Of a DNA stretch of 64,000 nucleotides, positions 59,880-64,000 are shown piece after piece; position 1 is the stretch's first letter; each line of letters starts with the position of its first letter. The stretch is taken from positions 9,316,422 through 9,380,421 of the forward strand of contig NC_092678.1 of NCBI RefSeq assembly GCF_964355755.1, read 5' to 3'. The position numbers were made by a program, and so were the translations under genes. The notes beneath the pieces were generated by a model. The model made no database searches, was not told the DNA's origin, and saw only the letters and a list, made by a program, of their open reading frames with translations. This stretch comes from Antedon mediterranea (taxonomy: Eukaryota > Animalia > Echinodermata).

Positions 59880-62800
59880 AAGAGAGAGAGAGAGAGATAG
59901 ATCAGCGAGAGAGAGATAGATCAGCGAGAGAGAGAGAGATAGATAGATCAGCGAGAGAGAGATAGATAGATCAGCCAGAGAGAGATAGATGGATCAGCGA
60001 GAGAGAGATAGATCAGCGAGAGAGAGATAGATCAGCGAGAAAGAGATAGATCAGCGAGAGAGAGAGATAGATCAGCGAGAGAGAGATAGATCAGCGAGAG
60101 AGAGATAGATCAGCGAGAGAGAGATAGATCAGCGAGAGAGAGATAGATCAGCGAGAGAGAGATAGATCAGCGAGAGAGATATAGATCAGCGAGAGAGATA
60201 TAGATCAGCGAGAGAGAGATAGATCAGCAAGAGAGAGATAGATCAGCGAGAGAGAGATAGATCAGCGAGAGAAAGATAGATCAGCGAGAGAGAGAGATAG
60301 ATCAGCGAGACAGAGGTAGATCAGCGAGAGAGAGATAGATCAGCGAGAGAGAGAGATAGATCAGCGAGAGAGAGATAGATCAGCGAGATAGAGATAGATC
60401 AGCGTGAGAGAGATAGATCAGCGAGAGAGAGATAGATCAGCGAGAGAGAGATAGATCAGCGAGAGAGAGATAGATCAGCGAGAGAGATAGATCAGCGAGA
60501 GAGAGATAGATACATCAGCGAGAGAGAGACAGATCAGCGAGAGAGAGATAGATAGATCAGCGAGAGAGTGATAGATCAGCGACAGAGAGATATATAGATC
60601 AGCGAGAGAGATAGATCAGCGAGAGAGGGATAGATAAATCAGCGAGAGAGAGATAGATCAGTGACAAAGAGATAGATAGATCAGCGAGAGAGAGATAGAT
60701 CAGCGACAGAGAGATATATAGATCAGCGAGAGAGAGATAGATCAGCGAGAGAGAGATAGATAGATCAGCGAGAGAGAGATAGATCAGTGACAGAGAGATA
60801 GATAGATCAGCGAGAGAGAGAGAGAGATAGATCAGCGAGAGAGAGATAGATCAGCGAGAGAGAGATAGATCAGCGAGAGAGAGATAGATCAGCGAGAGAG
60901 AGATAGATCAGCAAGAGAGAGATAGAGTAGCGAGAGAGAGATAGATCAGCGAGAGAGAGATAGATCAGCGAGAGAGAGATAGATCAGCGAGAGAGAGAGA
61001 TAGATCAGCGAGAGAGAGATAGATCAGCGAGAGAGAGATAGATCAGCGAGAGAGAGATAGATCAGCGAGAGAGAGATAGATCAGAGAGAGAGAGAGAGAG
61101 ATAGATCAGAGAGAGAGAGAGAGATAGATCAGCAAGAGAGAGATAGATCAGCGAGAGAGAGATAGATCAGCGAGAGAGAGACAGATAGATCAGCGAGAGA
61201 GAGATAGATAGATCAGCGAGAGAGAGATAGATAGATCAGCGAGAGAGAGAGAGATAGATCAGCGAGAGAGAGATAGATAGATCAGCGAGAGAGAGATAGA
61301 TAGATCAGTGAGAGAGAGATAGATAGATCAGCGAGAGAGAGATAGATAGATCAGCGAGAGAGAGAGATAGATAGATCAGCGAGAGAGAGATAGATAGATC
61401 AGTGAGAGAGAGATATATAGATCAGCGAGAGAGAGATAGATAGATCAGCGAGAGAGAGATAGATAGATCAGCGAGAGAGAGAGATAGATAGATCAGCGAG
61501 AGAGAGATAGACAGATCAGCGAGAGAGAGAGAGATAGATCAGCGAGAGAGAGAGAGATAGATCAGCGAGAGAGAGAGAGAGAGAGAGAGTGAGATAGATC
61601 AGCGAGAGAAAGATAAATAGATCAGCGAGAGAGAGATAGATCAGCGAGAGAGAGTTAGATAGATCAGCGAGAGATAGATAGATAGATCAGCGAGAGAGAG
61701 AGATAGATCAGCCAGAGAGAGATAGATAGATCAGCGAGAGAGATAGAGATAGATCAGCGAGAGAGATAGAGATAGATCAGCGAGAGAGAGAGATAGATCA
61801 GCGAGAGACAGATAGATCAGCGAGAGACAGATAGATGAGCGAGAGAGAGATAGATCAGCGAGAGAGAGATAGATCAGCGAGAGAGATATAGATCAGCGAG
61901 AGAGAGAGATAGATCAGCGAGAGAGAGATTGATCAGCGAGAGAGAGATAGATCAGCGAGAGAGAGATTGATCAACGAGATAGAGATAGATCAGCAAGAGA
62001 GAGATAGATCAGCGCGAGAGAGGTAGATCAGCGAGAGAGATAGATCAGCGAGAGAGAGAGATAGATCAGCGAGAGAGATAGATCAGCGAGAGAGACAGAG
62101 AGAGATAGATAAGCGAGAGAGAGGTAGATTAGCGAGAGAGAGATAGATCAGCAAGAGAGAGATAGATCAGCGAGAGAGAGAGAGAGATCAGCGAGAGAGA
62201 TATCAGTGAGAGAGAGGGAGAGATCAGCGAGAGAGAGAGATTAGCGCGCGAGAGAGAGAGAGATCGAGAGAGAACAGCGAGAGAGAGAGAGAGAGATCGA
62301 TCAGCGAGAGAGAGATTAGCGAGAGAGAGAGAGAGAGAGGGAGAGAGAGGGAGAGAGAGATCAGCGAGGGAGAGATCAACAAGAGAGAGGGATCAGCAAG
62401 TGAGAGAGAGAGATCAGCGAGAGAGAGAGATCAGCGAGAGAGAGGGAGAGATCAGTGAGAGAGAGAAATCAAAAAGAAAGAGAGAGAGATCAGCGAGAGA
62501 GAGATCAGCGAGAGATCAGCGAGAGATCAGCGAGAGAAAGAGAGATAAGCGAGAGTGAGAGAAAAAGATCAGCGAGAGAGAGATCAGTGAGAGAGAGAGA
62601 GATCAGCGAGAGAGAGAAAGATCAGCGAGAGAGGGAGTGAGATAAGAGAGAGAGAGAAAGATCAGCGAGAGAGAGATCAACGAGAGAGAGAGATCAGGGA
62701 GAGAGATCAGCGAGTGAGAGATCAGCGAAAGAGATCATCTAGAGAGAGAGAGAGAGAGAGAGAGGTCAGCAAGAGAGAGAGAGAGACATCGACAAGAGGG

Positions 62801-63413
62801 AGATCAGCGAGAGAAAGGTCAGCGAGAGAGAAAGATCAACAAGAGAGAGTTCAGCGAGAGAGAGAGAAAGATAAGCGAGAGAGAGAGAGAGATAAGCGAG
62901 AGAGAGATCAGCGAGAGAGAAATCAGTGAGGGAGAGATAAGCGAGAGAGAGATCAGCAAGAGAGAGATCAGTGGGAGAGATCAGCGAGAGAGATAGAGAT
63001 AGATCAGCGAGAGAGATTTAGATCAGCGAGAGAGAGATAGATCAGCGAGAGAGAGATTGATCAGCGAGAGAGAGATAGATCAGCGAGAGAGAGATTAAAT
63101 CAACGAGATAGAGATAGATCAGCGAGAGAGAGATAGATCAGCGCGAGAGAGGTAGATCAGCGAGAGAGAGAGATAGATCAGCGAAAGAGAGAGATAGATC
63201 AGCGAGAGAGATAGATCAGCGAGAGAGACAGAGAGAGATAGATAAGCGAGAGAGATGTAGATTAGCGAGAGAGAGATAGATCAGCAAGAGAGAGATAGAT
63301 CAGCGAGAGAGAGAGAGAGAGAGAGATCAGCGAGAGAGATATCAGTGAGAGAGAGGGAGAGATCAGCGAGAGAGAGAGAGATTAGCGCGAGAGAGAGAGA
63401 GAGATCGAGAGAG

Positions 63414-63451
<38 letters not shown>

Positions 63452-64000
63452 AGCGAGAGAGAGATTAGCGAGAGAGAGAGAGAGAGAGGGAGAGAGAGGG
63501 AGAGAGAGATCAGCGAGGGAGAGATCAATAAGAGAGAGGGATCAGCAAGTGAGAGAGAGAGATCAGCGAGAGAGAGAGATCAGCGAGAGAGAGGGAGAGA
63601 TCAGTGAGAGAGAGAAATCAAAAAGAGAGAGAGAGAGATCAGCGAGAGAGAGATCAGCGAGAGATCAGCGAGAGAAAGAGAGATAAGCGAGAGTGAGAGA
63701 GAAATATCAGCGAGAGAGTGATCAGTGAGTGAGAGAGAGATCAGCGAGAGAGAGAAAGATCAGCGAGAGAGGGAGTGAGATAAGAGAGAGAGAGAAAGAT
63801 CAGCGAGAGAGAGATCAACGAGAGAGAGAGATCAGGGAGAGAGATCAGCGAGTGAGAGATCAGCGAAAGAGATCATCTAGAGAGAGAGAGAGAGAGAGAG
63901 GTCAGCAAGAGAGAGAGAGAGAGACATCGACAAGAGGGAGATCAGCGAGAGAAAGGTCAGCGAGAGAGAAAGATCAACAAGAGAGAGTGCAGCGAGAGAG
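58778..64000. repeat. GA-rich compound satellite, core GATCAGC(GA)n(GATA)m, runs off the window end
   Basis: Hundreds of variable ~18-26-bp units over 5.2 kb. Confidence 0.97.

Noticed and set aside
58259-63686. Leu/Ser- and Arg/Glu-rich ORFs
   Set aside because: They are translations of CT/GA microsatellite.

Overview
AT-rich animal genomic DNA, most likely from a marine invertebrate (inferred from its repeat families; not bacterial). The only clear host gene is the 3' part of EDEM1: four + strand exons at 13253-15924. Its upstream intron is at least 13.2 kb. That intron holds a Gmr1-like Gypsy element (pol ends at RNase H), an internally deleted sister copy with near-identical LTRs and a 5-bp TSD, tandem Helitron-like copies, a decayed RTE LINE and a Helentron-type element. 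Downstream is a dense nested transposon field. (1) A decayed Kolobok-like element with a spliced P2X7-ballast/KolX-like gene facing a THAP-transposase remnant. (2) MULE-, Harbinger- and Tc1-type MITEs and a non-autonomous Helitron. (3) The standout: a 5.4-kb LTR retroelement with identical 161-bp LTRs ending CG...CG instead of TG...CA, a 3-bp TSD and an LADD reverse transcriptase. (4) tRNA-derived SINEs and an 88-bp satellite. (5) An L1/Tx1 LINE interrupted by a HINE, a full-length BEL/Pao element and a Sola3-like fragment. The last ~5.7 kb is a GA/CT compound microsatellite with a strand switch and a ~1.1-kb higher-order duplication. Family names come from motif recognition only; no database search was run.
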